From the NCBI RefSeq assembly GCF_009914755.1, contig NC_060927.1: a DNA stretch of 64,000 bases; one strand, 5' to 3'. A program made the translations under genes and the position numbers. Below, one piece after another: positions 15,480-29,651 of the stretch (the stretch's first letter is position 1; every line of letters begins with the position of its first letter). A model generated the notes under the pieces. It saw only the letters and a list, made by a program, of their open reading frames with translations. It was not told the origin of the DNA and did not search any database. Origin of the DNA: the human T2T-CHM13v2.0 reference genome, Homo sapiens.

Positions 15480-16492
15480 TGTTAAAAAATAAACAGAAAA
15501 TCAGTGAGGATACAGAAAATCTGAATAACACCACCAACCAACTTGACTTAAATGACATATATAGAACACCCCACCACGAACAGCAGGATATATATTACAT
15601 ATTATTTTCAAGAACACACTGAACATTCTCTAGCGTAGACCATAGTCTAGGTCATGAGACAAGTCACTGTATTTGAGAGGATTTAAACCATACAGAGAAT
15701 GTTCTCTGGCTACAATTTAATATAATCATGAGTCAACACCAAAAATAAAACTGAGAAATCTTCAATTATTTGGAAATTGAAAAACATAATTATAAATTAC
15801 TAACAGACCAAGAAAAAATAACAGAAATTTTTAAATATCAAACTAAATATGAACACAATAATTAAATAAAAATCATATCAAATTTTATGGGATGCAGTTA
15901 AAACACTGCTTAGAGGAAACTTTATAGCTGTAAACACTACTCTTAATGGAAAAAAATCTAAAATCAATTATCCAAGTTTGCCTTTTAAAAAGGTAGAAAA
16001 AAAGAGAAAATCAAAGCCAAAGTAAGCCAAAGAAAATAATAAAGATCAAAGCGCAAATCAATAAAATAGAAAACAGACAGCAATGAAAAATTGATACAAT
16101 TAAAATTTAGTTTCCTAAATTTTCTTTAAAAAGGAAAATTAGTAAAAGTTCACCTAAAATGACCAAGAAAAAGAATAACATCAATTACCAAAATTAGGAA
16201 CAAAGTAGAGTTTTTCACTATAGAACACAGAGCTATCAAAATATTTATAAGACAATGTTACAAAAAACTTTATACCAAATAGATTACATGAAATAGACAA
16301 ATTTCTAGAAAGACACAAATTACCAAAACTGAGTTAGGAATACATAGAAAATCTGAATAGACCTATATAAAGTAAATAAATTGTAATTTAAAATCTTCCC
16401 ACAAAGAAAAATCAAAGCCCAGATGACTTCTCTGATAAATTCTATCAAACAAACATTTAAGCAAAAAGTAATACCAATCAAAACCCACATAC

Positions 16493-16537
<45 letters not shown>

Positions 16538-16660
16538 CTCTCTCTCTCTCTCTCTCTTTCAGAAAATAGAAGCCAGAGGAACATTTCCCAATTCAATTGA
16601 TGAGGTGACCACTACTTGGATACTGAAGTCAGACAATGACATCACAAGGAAGAAAAACAA
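15480..16660 (+). mobile_element. Old L1M ORF2 fragment (endonuclease/Z region, degenerate)
   Basis: 'ttgacttaaatgacatatatagaacacc', 'atgggatgcagttaaaac...cttagaggaaactttatagc', 'aaatagacaaatttctagaaagacacaaattaccaaaactga'. Confidence 0.85.
16486..16557. repeat. Compound (CA)n(CT)n microsatellite inside the L1
   Basis: Directly visible. Confidence 0.95.
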
Positions 16661-18819
16661 TATGGTACAATGTAATTTTGTGATAATTTTTAACATGTTA
16701 GCAATATCTGTTCTTTTACAGAGATAAGAAAAACTTTCACTTGGTTTTATTTATAGATACAGTAGAACTAATTTTTTTAGAGCTTGTTCTATACTAAGCA
16801 CTGTGCTAAGCCCTGGGAAATCAAAAGCAAGTGTCAGTCCCTTTTTTAATTGCTCACTATCTTGAATAAAATGACAGAAATGTAAATGAGTAGCTGTTCT
16901 TATGTTCTAAAAGCTCTATGATGCTGTGAAATGCAATGGTACACACAAAAAAAATTCATCACACTCAATGGTATTAAGAATTACTTCATAAAGAAATGCT
17001 TGAACAGCCTTGAAAAATCTTAGAAGATGCTAAGTTTTATGAACAGGAATTTGGACTTTATCCTTAATGTCAGTGTTTCTGAAAATGTGGGAAAAATCAC
17101 TTTGGCTATTAAAGATAACACTTCTGTGCTTGACTCTAGATAATAAGAACCTCTGTGGCACAAACCAGGAATTTTTAACAAAAGTAATTTCCTAAAGTCC
17201 GAGAACTCTGGAATTAGTAACAAAGTATCACCAAAGGATTTTGATGAGGTTTATGGTAACATCAACTAACTGTTAATCCTCGTTTGGCCTCTGCTCAGTC
17301 AGTTCTACCCAACTGGTCTCTTCTTGGATGTTCTTAACGTCCTCCTCATCTCGAGCTCCACAAGCACCAAGTCAGTCACTGTGGCCTTCAGTAGGCCTCT
17401 GCATCATCCACCAGGCCATTCTGATCTTCCACTACTTGGTCTCCATTCCTAGGGATCCCAGTTCTATTAAATAGATTGATCAGATCATACACACAAAGTT
17501 CACTATGTCCATGCCATTTGGTCTTAATCTGGGCCTTGATCTTCTTGGCACGTGCACTTTCTAAAGGCCCATAATCCTCTTTACAGTTATGTTTCCTGCA
17601 GATATCTTTCTATGTTACTAATGAAATTACTCCTTCATCAATTTTATACAGTCATGAATAAGAAATGTTGAACAAAAATACTTCATGTGGCTACGTAAGC
17701 TGAGAGATATTTGACAGTAACACATAAGAATTATCAGGAAGTGGTATGCAGGCGCCTGGGAAAAGGACTTTCACGATCATGTCAGGTTGGAAAGTGTCTT
17801 TCTATCAAAGGAACAACCAATGTTATTCAATGCAGAGGGATTTCACAGAGATACAAGCATTCAGAACAAAGAAAGAGAGCAAGCTATGATAAACCCTCCA
17901 AGAGGAAAGTCCTCTAGAGGGACAGATAGCAGCCATTTTCAAACAAGCCTTTTCAAGTCCCAGAACTAAATTGAAATTTCCAGTAGGAATTAATCAGAGG
18001 AGAAAGCTATTCACAGTGTTGATGAAGCTTTCCTATTATCAACATGAACTTTGAACAGGACTAACAAAGAACTGAAATGTCTGCAATTATAATGAGAAAG
18101 GGAAACATTCAAACACAGACATCTTGGGATTTAGAACAGATGGGACTTAGAAGAGACTCACTGGATGACTAAAAACCAGAACAAGAGAAAAGTAGCAGGG
18201 CAGAGATATTTCCCTAAGGTTTTTGCCCATTGTTTAGTGAAAATGTACTAAAAATTTAACATCAGAACCATACTATGTATTGGGGGAAGTTTTTTGTGTA
18301 TAGTTTATAATCATGCTTATTTGAGTCACTAGGTAAATTGTATCTTATACATTCTACAGTAAAGTTGTAGTTACTCAAAGTCCTCTGATTGTCTTTAGAA
18401 AATCCTGATTTAAGATAATAATAATAATACATTCCAGAATTTTGTGGACTTAACAAAAGTCCTTGACCATCAAGGACAGGCCAGATAAACATTGAGATCT
18501 GAACTTTAATCAGGCCTACAGTGACTCTCATACAGCCTTAAATTCATCTCAACCACAAGCATGAAAAGATTAAGCTAACTGGCTTAAGATGTTACATAGA
18601 CTGTCACTATCACCTCAACATATCTACACAGGGCATGAACTTCCTGGGCAAACTTGAGTTGTGTTACCTGGTCTCTCTGAGAAGCCAGAAGCTCTGATCA
18701 TCTTATCCACTAGAATCTGGGGAGGGAAGTGGCTGAGGCTCCTAACAGGTGAGTTCAATGGAGGCCATAATAAATCCTGACCCTCATTCTTAGTGGAGGC
18801 TGAACTGGACAGAGGTGTT

Positions 18820-19002
18820 AGAGAGTGTTCAGCATGAACATCAGAATCACCCAGAGGGTTTGTTAAGTCATAAATTGCTGGATCCCACTTCAGAGTTTTT
18901 GATTCATCAAGTCTAGGATGGAGCCTGAAAACATGCATTTACAATAATTTCTCAGGTAACGCTGATGCTACTTACCCAGATACTGTACTTGAAGAATCAC
19001 TG
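18820..19002. mobile_element. MER5A
   Basis: 'catcagaatcacccagagggtttgttaa...atgcatttacaataatttctcaggtaacgctgatgct...gaagaatcactg'. Confidence 0.8.
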
Positions 19003-19194
19003 TGTTAGGAGTGAGGTGATAGCAGCTTAGGCCCTGGGGTTAAGTGGGACTGAGTAAATGTGGGGAGACACAGGAACCAGGTCCAATGCAGATGTGTTCC
19101 ATTCATTCATAGACATCCTTAAGTTGATTTTACATCAACTTGGTTATCCAAAGTTATGCTATACAGTGTGACCTGGAAAAAGCTAACAAGACTG

Positions 19195-19290
19195 TCCTTT
19201 CATTCAAGACACGTTTATTGAGTGCCTACTGTGTAGCAGATGCTGAGCTAGGCACTAGGCATTCAGAAATGAAACATGATCTTGCTGTTA
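19195..19290 (-). mobile_element. L2 3' fragment
   Basis: 'cattcaagacacgtttattgagtgcctactgtgtagcagatgctgagctaggcactagg'. Confidence 0.7.
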
Positions 19291-20972
19291 TAAAGAGAAT
19301 TCTATTTTGAGATGTTTAAAACAATGATTCTTCCATCCCCATAAATCATGTTGCCTCTGGCTTCTGATTTAATGGCTTCTTTTCATTTCTGAGGGAAGTC
19401 AGATGCTGCCTAGAATAAAGAAATCATTGTTCAGCTTTAAACACCAAAAAAAATATTTTCTTGCATCCATAGTGTAACAGTCTTACAAACCAAGCTTTGT
19501 TTTGAGGCAAAATGCTTTGCTAAATTCCAAAGCCTTACTTTTACATATCAAGGGCAGGAAATCTGGAAATCTGAGCATAGGGTTTTATTCTATAGAAAAG
19601 TGAGAATTTGATGGAAGATCACCTTCTATTACAGAGGAAATAAAAATACAAATCTCTCTGGCCTCTGGAAGGAAGACGCAATAAATTTAGAAAAATTTCA
19701 AAAAAGATAAGACCAGGGTAAGGTTGTGGATTTCTTGAAACTCAGTGCCCTAATGTCCCGAGCATGGTTTCAGAGGAGCAATAGATACATCATAATAGAA
19801 ACTTCAAGCTGACAGAAACTTAATAACAACAAACCCATATACCTTGAAGGAGAATCCAAGAGCATCTAAGTGGGGCTCTGCTCCCTGAGTCAAGACTGAC
19901 ATGTTGCAAGAATGATAGAGCATTATTTGTAGAGTGAGGTGTCTATATGGATGGTCCCAAAATACTGCTCCTGTCTTTCCCTACTGCTTGCTCATAGCAT
20001 GGTAAGGATCCAGAAATCCCCGTGCAACTATATGAGGGATGCAGATGTCCAGGCTGAGGGCTGAAACATCCCAAAATCAGGAGGGAGGGGAAGCACCTGA
20101 GTCATAAGAGAGCCAGGAGCACCTGAGGAAGCTGACGTAAGGAGCCAAGCACCAGTGGTCATGGTCTTGGTGAACCTCAAGCCATGATTTCATTCACCAC
20201 TGAGACGTCAAACACATCACCTGAAGATGAGCATGAGCAGACTCAACAGCCAAGCACTCTGGCTGATATGAGCTACCACTAACAGCATCAATATGTGGAT
20301 CCAAGGTCTCCACAACTAACAATGTGAGTGGGGTAGAATTTTTTCCTGAACTCTGATGACACAAGAAGGAGAGAAAAGAAGGAGAGGAAAAGCTCTCAAA
20401 AAAAAAAAAAAAAAAGACTGAGAGGTTACTAACAAAAGATTGAGTTTATGAAATGGAGACTCCTAAATTGAAGGAAACAACTTTATCCAAAAGAGACTAA
20501 TTTAAACAGGAAGCTACTAATTTACATTTTAATGGACAAGCTTGAAATGTATTGTTGTTTTTGTTGTGGTGGTTGTCACTGTTGTATTTCCTGCTTATGA
20601 GCAGGAATGGAGATTCTAGAAGAATATTACAGAAAAATTTTAAACTGCAGATTGCTTTATTATGAGGAAGATGAAAGATTCCTGAGTTCCTTTGAATACA
20701 TTTTAAACCCACCACAGTCACAAGAAAATTCTAATGTCTTTGGCTTATCTCTATACACAGATAATTATTATAAAATTACTCCCTTATTGGTTAAGGGAGT
20801 AACTAATAGAGAGTAATTCTATAATAACTTCATAGTATCCTGGGAGCTCACGCTCCCACTGAGATTGAGACCTCTAGGTAAAACTGAACAAGGAAGTGGG
20901 ACCCAGAGTTGAGAGCAAAACACAGGCTGAAAAAAAGAAGTGTTCATCCAAGCAGCTGAATAGATAGGTTAG

Positions 20973-21013
20973 ATAATGATGATGATGATGATGTCGACGA
21001 TGACGACAACAAC
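20973..21013. repeat. (GAT)n/(GAC)n/(AAC)n trinucleotide run
   Basis: Directly visible. Confidence 0.85.
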
Positions 21014-23761
21014 AGAGGCATATAAGGCAACATGACAGTAACTAGAATCACCATCATCAGCTAGTGGGAATGAAATGGATGTCCTGGCACAGAGTAGGTA
21101 TCATTCATACACATATATATTTAGTATCATACATATGCATATATATTACTACTACTAGAATGACTAGTAGGTGGAAAGTAGAGTGTGGAATTACTATATG
21201 AGTTCTAGATTATAATATCAGGGGCATGTGTAGACTGTACTTAAGCTCACAAATAATCTGGGAGGGAGATAATGGGGGCTATTAGCCACCCTATCCACTC
21301 TCCCTTATCCATATCCATTTTCCACAGGGCAGTGTTTGATGACAAGTATGAGGCAGGTTCTATTGATGATAGAAGGTAGGCTCCCACAGCCAACTCTTTT
21401 GGGTTGTATTTTCCCCAGTAAACTTGGTTCTGAATCTTAGACAGAAATCCAGCACCTCCTGGTAACCTGTTGTGGTTCCCAACTCTGCATCCTACGACCC
21501 AGAGAAGTCACGGGGACATCGAGGCGTCTCTGTGTCTGGCACAGTGGGAGCAGAGAAGCATGTGATGAATCTCCAAAAGGGAAGCAGGAGGATTCCCAAG
21601 GCCACTGGATTACGACCACTGTCACCTTGAAGAACGTCCTCCTGCTTTCACTGCTGGCTGGTAGAATGTGTACGATTGCTAGAGAGCCATCCCCAGGCTG
21701 CCAAGTTGGTGAGTGAACTTCCTGTATAAATCACTGGACAGGGAAGGACATCATTGTGATATTTCTAGACAACCAGAAATTACCTCCTTATACTCACTGC
21801 TGTTAATATCCCCAGAAGTTTCAGGTAATAAAGAAAGATGGAAACCACAGTGTAAAGGCTGTGTTTTTTTTTTTTCTGCTCAACACTCTTTCCTTCTTTC
21901 TTCTCTCATTCTAACTTTTTGAACTCAGAAAAATAACACATAGTTAATACCTCCATCAGATTGTCTTACTGTAAGGAACAATGTTTTCCAGGTTACTGAC
22001 ACAACTGTAGCCCAGCACTCAGTGGTTGATCTGAGTGCTGAGATTGAGTTAATACCTTCTTAACTCCAAAATCTTACATTCCCCATGTATGCCATGCCTT
22101 CTCCCACAATATGGCTTAAATTCATGTAGATCATACCTTGCACTAGCATTTTGGTCACATTTGAAAAGAACCTGTGGCTTTTATTTAAAGCCTTCTTTGC
22201 GTTTTGGTTTTTATTTTTGAAAAAAAAAGTTTAAATTATATCCGAGATAAATGGTTCTAGAAAAATAAATGGTTGTATTTTAACGGTACTGATTCAGAAT
22301 CAGAGATTCTCTGAGGATGAGAGCCCACGATGTCTGAGAACACGGAGAAAGCGAGTACCCTGCCCAGCCTAGCCTTTCAAGTAGCATTGGCTATGTGTTA
22401 GGAGGTAATTAAAGTTTGTCTGTGATAAGCAGCTGGGAAAAGGCTGAAGCCAACGATAAGCAGCTAAGGAGCTACAAAAAAATGACCAAGAACAATGCTG
22501 TCAGCAGAGGGAAGCCAGTGTTTAGATTAGCACCCTTGAAGAGTGTAGCAGGGTAGAAAGGATAGCAGATGAATTCAACAGTCCAGGTACTATTCTAGCC
22601 TCTGGCAGCCATTTCTAGGGTGACTCATCTATGACAGTACAACTTCTCATGCCTCAATTTCCATATCTGCAAAACAAGAGGACTGACTCATATGCCCCCT
22701 TCAGTACCCAAAGCCTCATCAAGCTTCATCATGCTCTGAATTCATAAAACCTGGACGGTGAATGTAACATCTTTTTCCAGGTGCTTTCTCCTTTAGAAAC
22801 TTACAGCACCCATCATTAATTAGAAATTTAATTCATAGCTCCCATTTGGATTAGAATTATATTTTGGTAAAAAAAATGTATTGTTGATTTATTTTCTAGT
22901 CTCAGTTTTCCAAAGCTAAGAAAATAAGTGCTGCTAATGCCTTGCCTCCACCATCTGGGCTTTCTGGAAAAATGCCAATTATGTGTTATGTGAAATCCCC
23001 CCACCCCCACTGCAATTAGAAATTTCCTGCATTCTGTTATTCAAACTGTATCTCCCTAACTGCCACTTACCACCCAAAGTTGTACAGCGTTACTGTCAAA
23101 GGTGTTTTCAGCTTTTTGCCTTGGAAAATGTGTTCACGGTGTCTGTACTGATACACAAGTTCTGCCCATAGGGACAACAATAATCAAAAGAAGTGAGAGA
23201 ATAAATTATGCCCATACTAATGTGGAAAACATAGCCTTGTGATTATTTCTATTAGCTATTAAATAAAATGTATGTGACCAAAATGTCCCTTTGAACTCTC
23301 CAACTTACAGGTACTAGGAAGTCTAACATTTTGTTCCTAAGTTGGGTCAATTGTTCCTACTTGTTCACTTGCAGGACCCCAGCGCTTTACAGTTGTAGCT
23401 GTCATTGGGAGGAGCATGTCTTATAGACAAGGCTGGCCCTGGCCTTGCGGGCTCACCAGCACCTCTGCTGCCCTCACCACCCATCCCTTCCAATGTCTGC
23501 TACGCTCACCACATTGCTGCAGCGCCACTAAAGCTGGGCAAGCGGTAGCCCTGACTTAGGCTGCAGTACCTCTTGGGGTGTATTTGCTTTCCACCATTAC
23601 TGATATAGCTGCATCATTACCTATCTTTTGATTTCCGCTGTCCCCTTCCTTATGTGAAAAGCTAATGCCCTCCGTCTTGTGGCCTATTCTTAGAAGGTAT
23701 CCTGTGACAGAGTTGGGTGGCTTCTTGGTAATCCATAGCTTTTTATTTTGCCAGCCAGTCT

Positions 23762-24199
23762 TGTATTCATTTTTTAGGACTGCTGTAACAAATTACCACA
23801 AACAGTGTAGCTAACAACAACAGAAAACTTTTTTTCTCACAGTTCTAGAGATCAGAAGTCTGGAATCAGAGTGTCAGCAGTGCTGTGCTTCCTCTAAACG
23901 TTCTAAGAAAGAATCTTTCCTTACCACCTCCAGCTTCTGCAGACGCCAGGTGTTCCTTGGCTTGTAGCAATACAATGTCTATCTGTTTTCACCGTCACTT
24001 TCATGCCTTATCCTCTTCTCTACGTGTCTGTTTCCCTTATAAAAATACCTGTTACCAGATTTAGGGCCCACCTGGATAATCCAACATGATTTTATCTGGA
24101 GACCTTAAGTACATTTGAGAAGACTTTTTTCCAAATAACGTCAAATTTCATGTTCCACGAAGTGGTGAACATATCTTTGCCACCCTCTGACCCACTACA
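23762..24199 (-). mobile_element. MLT1B/C solo LTR
   Basis: Starts 'tgtattcattttttaggactgctgtaacaaattaccaca', ends 'cccactaca'. Confidence 0.85.
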
Positions 24200-24220
24200 A
24201 ACCCTCACACTGTGAGAGCG

Positions 24221-24593
24221 TGTATTAATCTGTTCTCACACTGCTATGAAGAAATACCCAAGCCTGGGTAATTTATAAAAGAAATAGGTTTAGTTGACTC
24301 ACAGTTCTGCATGGCTGGGGAGGTCTCAGGAAACTTACAATCATGGCAGAAGGCAAAGGAGAAGCAGGCACCTTCTTCACAGGGTGCAGGACGGAGTGAG
24401 TGCAAGCAGGAGAAAGGCCAGACGCTTATAAAACCATCAGATCTCATAAGACTCACTAATTATCACGAGAACAGCATGAGGGAAACTACCCCCATGATCG
24501 AATTACCTCCACCTGGTCCCGCCCTTGACACGCGGGGATTAGAGGATTACTATTCAAGGTGAGATTTGGGTGGGACAGAGCCAAACCACATCA
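24221..24593 (-). mobile_element. THE1D-like solo LTR
   Basis: 'tgtattaatctgttctcacactgct...gagccaaaccacatca'; 5-bp TSD gagcg/gaggg. Confidence 0.9.
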
Positions 24594-24949
24594 GAGGGTT
24601 TCCCAGAGAAAGAGCTTAGATTTGTAGCAATGCTTCTGTAATTTCACATGCATCTCTTCCTCACAGAGCATGCAGGCATGTGGACCATAGCTCCAGACTA
24701 CTTAGAATTACTGCTTCTTCTCAGCCTTTAGATCGCAAAGCTGAATGTAAGCTGCCATAGCAGATGTCGCCTTCTGGGGTTATGTTTTGCTCGGGAGTTG
24801 TCCCTCTGCAATATGATTTTTACCTCTCCTCAAAAGCCTGTTAGAAAAATCTTTGTCTGAATTCCAAAAAAAAAAAAAAAAAAAAAAAAGACTTTCAAAT
24901 TCTTTTCCATTAAGCTCCTGGGCCCTCGAAAACCAGAAAATAAAGGAAA

Positions 24950-25100
24950 TACATATACGTAAATATAAAAAATATGTATTTAAGGAAACATTTATACCAA
25001 TTTATATATAATAAATATTTTATATAAATATATGTGTATGCATATATATATACATATATATAGTGTGTGTGTGTATATAAATGTATATATACAATAAAAT
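24950..25100. repeat. (TA)n/(TG)n low-complexity tract
   Basis: Directly visible. Confidence 0.8.
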
Positions 25101-25889
25101 ATAAGGGCATTGTTGCCAAACCTCACAGATTGGCTTCTCCAAGTCTGTGCTCTAATCCATCCGTGATACCCAGTTACCTGTCATACATTTCAGAAGCTAA
25201 GCAGGAAGCAGGTAAAAGTCATGCTGATTTTCTTGTATCAAATAATGATAAGACAAACCTCAAAATATCTTCTGAATGTCTTGCTCTCAAGATACATAAC
25301 TGTGAAAACTGATGTACTAAGGAATAAAATCTGAAGTCTTTTCTTTAAGCTATTTGTCAGTAAAACATTTATCTTGTGATTTTCATAAAGTTCTTTTGGA
25401 TCAGGATGGAAAAAATATTGTAGTTCCATATCTGATCTCTCATCTCCCTCAATCCAACTAATGACTTCATCTTTCTTCTCTTTCTGTACTTACTCTTACA
25501 TTAAGAAAGAAGCTTGGGCTTGTATCAAATGATGATTAAAGATCAATAAATGAGACCACAAAACCTGGGTCATAGGAGTTTGTAAAATATGGGCAGGAAT
25601 AAGTAGGGTTTGATCTTGTCACCCATTGTGTCATGTTACGACTTGAATTATACTTAATTTTTACTTAGGGTACTCAGGGCATGGAAACCCAGGGTCAGCA
25701 TGGGTCTGAGAGAAATAGACCTTGGAACCTGAGCTCTAGCTATGAGTGGAATTGTCATACAATTAGAACACCACCCATGCCCCATCATTTCAGCAGCAGG
25801 AACTTGAATGAAGTGGGGCACTGCAGAGGCAAGGATACCATCAGCCTTGGTTAAACAGTTCTAAACTACATCCCTGTGTATAATGTATA

Positions 25890-26075
25890 TGGTGGTGTGC
25901 TGCTGCTGGCTTATACCAGCTCATGCATTTTCAAGAAATTTGTGAGTCAGTTAAACACCACAATTAAAAATAAATTTATATAAGCTTGCAATTAAATAAA
26001 TTATATTGAAAACAAAGGCAATAAATACTCAAAACTAATCATTTCCTAATTATTTCATTACCCTTTACTAGTTCA
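25890..26075. mobile_element. MER63 (hAT-Blackjack) fragment
   Basis: 'tggtgtgctg...aattaaataaattatattgaaaacaaaggcaataaatactcaaaactaatcatttcctaattatt'. Confidence 0.7.
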
Positions 26076-26779
26076 CTTGTATAAGAAAAATCTCTAAAGG
26101 CTCAGGATTTATTTTATTTCACCACTAAGGGCTCCATGTCACATGGCACAGGAAAACAGAGTCAACTCCTACATGTCTCAAAGGCAGATTTAAGAATCCA
26201 TGGATATTCTGCAATAGGTACATTTAATTCATCTGTAATTTTCTCCTTCAAAGTACTGATGGAATTTTTCTCTGACCCTAATATCCAAATTTTGGGTCTT
26301 TTTGCTATCATATTATATGAGAGACACAAGGAGGAATAAGAGAAAGAATAAAGGGAGTAGTGGAAGCATGTGAAATAGAAAATCTTGCCTCTGTAGATAC
26401 CAAGTCCTTGTCATCCTGCTCTAGCAGCCCTTCTCACCCAGGTGGTTAAGCATGAAGCCCCTCTTCTAATTCATCTTTTGTAAGAAAATCAAAACTCAGA
26501 AGCCCTGTGTCTAACAAATTAGGTTAGATGTTATTTTAAGTATGTCAAGTACAATTCATTTCCAGCTAAGGGAAATCAACTACTTCACTGGAGCAAGTTA
26601 TGCTTTTCTTAGATTCACCTAATTACATTAAACTGTCACAGGGTCGAATACTCTGCTAACTGGGACCCTCATCAGGTAGCAGACAGAATGCACTTTGGGT
26701 CATATGTTTTATGACTGAACTTACTTTAATCATCAAGCTAAACTGTAAAAGATTGTAAGTGTCTAGTAGAGCATATACT

Positions 26780-27452
26780 ATTGGTGGCCAGCCCCGAACT
26801 CTTTGCCCAACTCTTCCTTGCTGACCAAGTCATGATTATGTTTGAATGTTCACCTTCCTCCAGTTGGCAATGTGCCTAGGAAGGTGACCCCATCTCCTAC
26901 TTAGAGGTAAATCTTAATACATCCAAATCTAGCACAATCTCATTCCCCTTCTTAGTGACTGGGTATGTGACATATTTGTTGCCAATGAGAGATCCTCTAA
27001 AGGCACCCAGGAAGGGTTTTCCCATGGTTTAAAGGACACACACCAGAAAAAATGACTCCTCTACTTTCCCTGGACATTCTTACTTCCTCATAGGGTACTT
27101 TGTACTGGAGTAGCTGGATTGTGACCATGACAGAAGGCATGAAGGCAAGGCTGATAAATTGAGAATATCTGAACTGCTTCATTATCCATCTCTGGAACTG
27201 CCCTACCCAAGGCTTTCTTATTATTTAAAATAATAAGCATCTTTATTGTTCATGCAAGCAATTCTCAGTGTGCTGTCCCCACATGATAAGCACCAGCATC
27301 ACCTGGAAGCTTTCTAGAAATACAGAGCCTCAGGGACTATGTCAGAGTCGAGTCAGAACCTCTGGGGAAGGCACCCAGAAATCTATGATTTAATAAGCCC
27401 CTTGGTGTTTCTGGTGCATTTTCAAGTTTGAGAACCACCGGTTTAAGCCATT
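26780..27452 (+). mobile_element. Old MLT1 (I/J/K-like) LTR interrupted by MER5A
   Basis: 'gtatgtgacatatttgttgccaatgaga...ctggaactgccctacc...ttattgtt[MER5A]taagcca'. Confidence 0.6.
27256..27440. mobile_element. MER5A
   Basis: 'cagcatcacctggaagctttctagaaatacaga...caagtttgagaaccaccg'; degenerate 8-bp TSD gttcatgc/gtttaagc. Confidence 0.8.
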
Positions 27453-28554
27453 GGATAACACCTGGCAATGGGGCTTTGAATTTATTTGAGAGGTACTGAA
27501 GAATTCATGGATAATTTTTAATAGAAAACAACATAATATGTCTTGCAGGTGATCTATAGGAGCTACTCTCCAAATGTCAGTTAATAGTTGGTGACCATGA
27601 GCAAATCACTTAACATCTTTTTGTCCTGGTTGTATTATAAAATGAGGTGATGGTAGCTCCTAGGCTATGTAGGGAAATTGTTAGCATCCTATACTAAAGA
27701 CAAATGATATATACACCAATTATCTCGTTTGATGCTTTTATGTTTTTTCTCTTGGCTAGATACTAAAATGTTCTATTACATCTATTGTGATTATCTAAAC
27801 TACCAATTATACAGTGAGGAATGATAATTACTAAAATACTCTGCCCTCTTGTTTTACTTCAGAACTAAGGTGAAGTGAAAAGCTGGCATGCAGTTTCTAA
27901 GAAATTTTCAGGCAGAGCACTGGAGAAAATGTATGAAACACTCATAATTAAAATGCTTAAAAAGATAGGCTTTCAGAATATAGGAGACAGGTGAGGATAT
28001 AGAGTCCAGCTTTAAACTTGCCCACACATAATACATTGAAATAACATAGGACCCCTTTCATTTTGGTAATAAATGGACCAATCAATGTTCTACAAAGAAT
28101 GCTAGTAAGGTTGACATGTGCACAGAGAAAAATAAGATAATATAATAGATACGACTTGGATGCTAATTGAGGTTACATCCCTTTCTTCATTGATTTTAAA
28201 TTATATTCAGCTGTATAGTTAACCAATGACAAAAAAATTATCAAAAATAACAAGTATTTAGCACATACCAAACAATCAATGAGAAAGTACACATAGATTC
28301 ACCAAACTGTATGAATTTGTGATTAGAGGTCTAACAGGATGAAAATCAGCTTGTAACAGTAGCTTAACTATAGCAAAACCTAACTTTTGCCACAGCTTCT
28401 TTTGATTTATTCTATTTATAGAAACATAATTATGACATTGCTGTCATACAGGCCACATTGCAAGATCTACCATTTTCTCTTCCAGGTTGTCTTTCCTATG
28501 CAACATGGTTTCTAAGTGTAGTGTAATAATCCATTCATCTTCATTCAGATCAAG

Positions 28555-28705
28555 GGAAGAGGCAGTCAGTGTAAGGTGTTTGAGCACTGGGTCTGGAGCT
28601 AGACTTCCTGGGTTCCCCACCTCATGGTGTAATAGGGATATGTGTAAAGTTCTTAGGATAGTACCTGGCACAGTAAGTGCTCAACTTATGTTAATTCAGT
28701 AATAT
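28555..28705 (+). mobile_element. MIR (internally deleted)
   Basis: 'gggtctggagctagacttcctgggttc...tgtaaagttcttaggatagtacctggcacagtaagtgctcaa'. Confidence 0.7.
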
Positions 28706-29651
28706 TAGAGAGTGGTTTTAGTCTCTCTCCTTATGAGAGTGTATTGAAATTACCAGAAGATCTATTTCTTTCAAACTATAATCTATTGAAAACTAAAAAC
28801 CTATTACTCAGGAATTTTGAAAAACACCAGTAGGGCACATGGCTATCCTTTCTCCACAGCCCCACAACACACAGACACTCCCCTTCTCCTCTTGCAAATC
28901 ATTATTAGACTGAGCTGCTGTTACTGTTCCGCATGTTTTCTGTCACAGGAGATAATATGAATTTGATTTTAGGCTTTATTAGGTCAAATTTTGCTTTATT
29001 TGCCATGTATCCTTAACACTTAGGAGAGTGTTTAAAAAATAAAATGTTATTATATGAATGAGTGTGACATACTCTCTTTAGCTTCTAGACTACAATTTGG
29101 CCTTCAGACTATTCCCGGGTGTTTTTTGTTGTTTTTTTATTTTAGGTACAGAAATGCCTTGCAGAACACTTTTTTTCCTTGTGTAACACTTCCTTGGAAC
29201 ATAATCCAAAATAGCGTTACCAAGGCAAATGATCATCTCTAGGATTCTTACCTCATATTGCCAAACTGCTATGTATAACCATTGAGTTCATTCATAGTCC
29301 TTCTAGCAGTGCATAAGTATACATGCTTCCGTTATCAACAGTAGAAGGATATTTTCATTTTGCCAAATTAATAAATGTAAATTCTGGTTATGGTTCCCAA
29401 GTTTGGGAGTATAATTTCTAAGGGTACCTCTGGAGCAACTGGAAAAAAATCATTTGCCCTCAGAATTGGTCTGGCACAATCAGGGCACTTTGTTAGTGGG
29501 TTTAGTTGCTTTGTAGCCTTTTGAAACTTAAATTCCTTTCATTGCTAATAAAACTAGATACTTATGTCCACATATCCACATAATGCATATGGACACTGGA
29601 TTGGAAAGATACGCCTTAAATACACTAAATTTGGAGCCTGAGATGTAAGTA

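Noticed and set aside
21220-21760. LTR-like GC-richer stretch (also 23330-23720 and 58050-58560)
   Set aside because: Probably ancient LTR or LINE remnants, but I cannot assign a family without a Dfam search.
24866-24889. Orphan A24 (also A18 near 20398 and T20A7 at 3611-3637) as retrocopy tails
   Set aside because: No convincing TSD or recognisable upstream retrocopy; treated as simple homopolymers.
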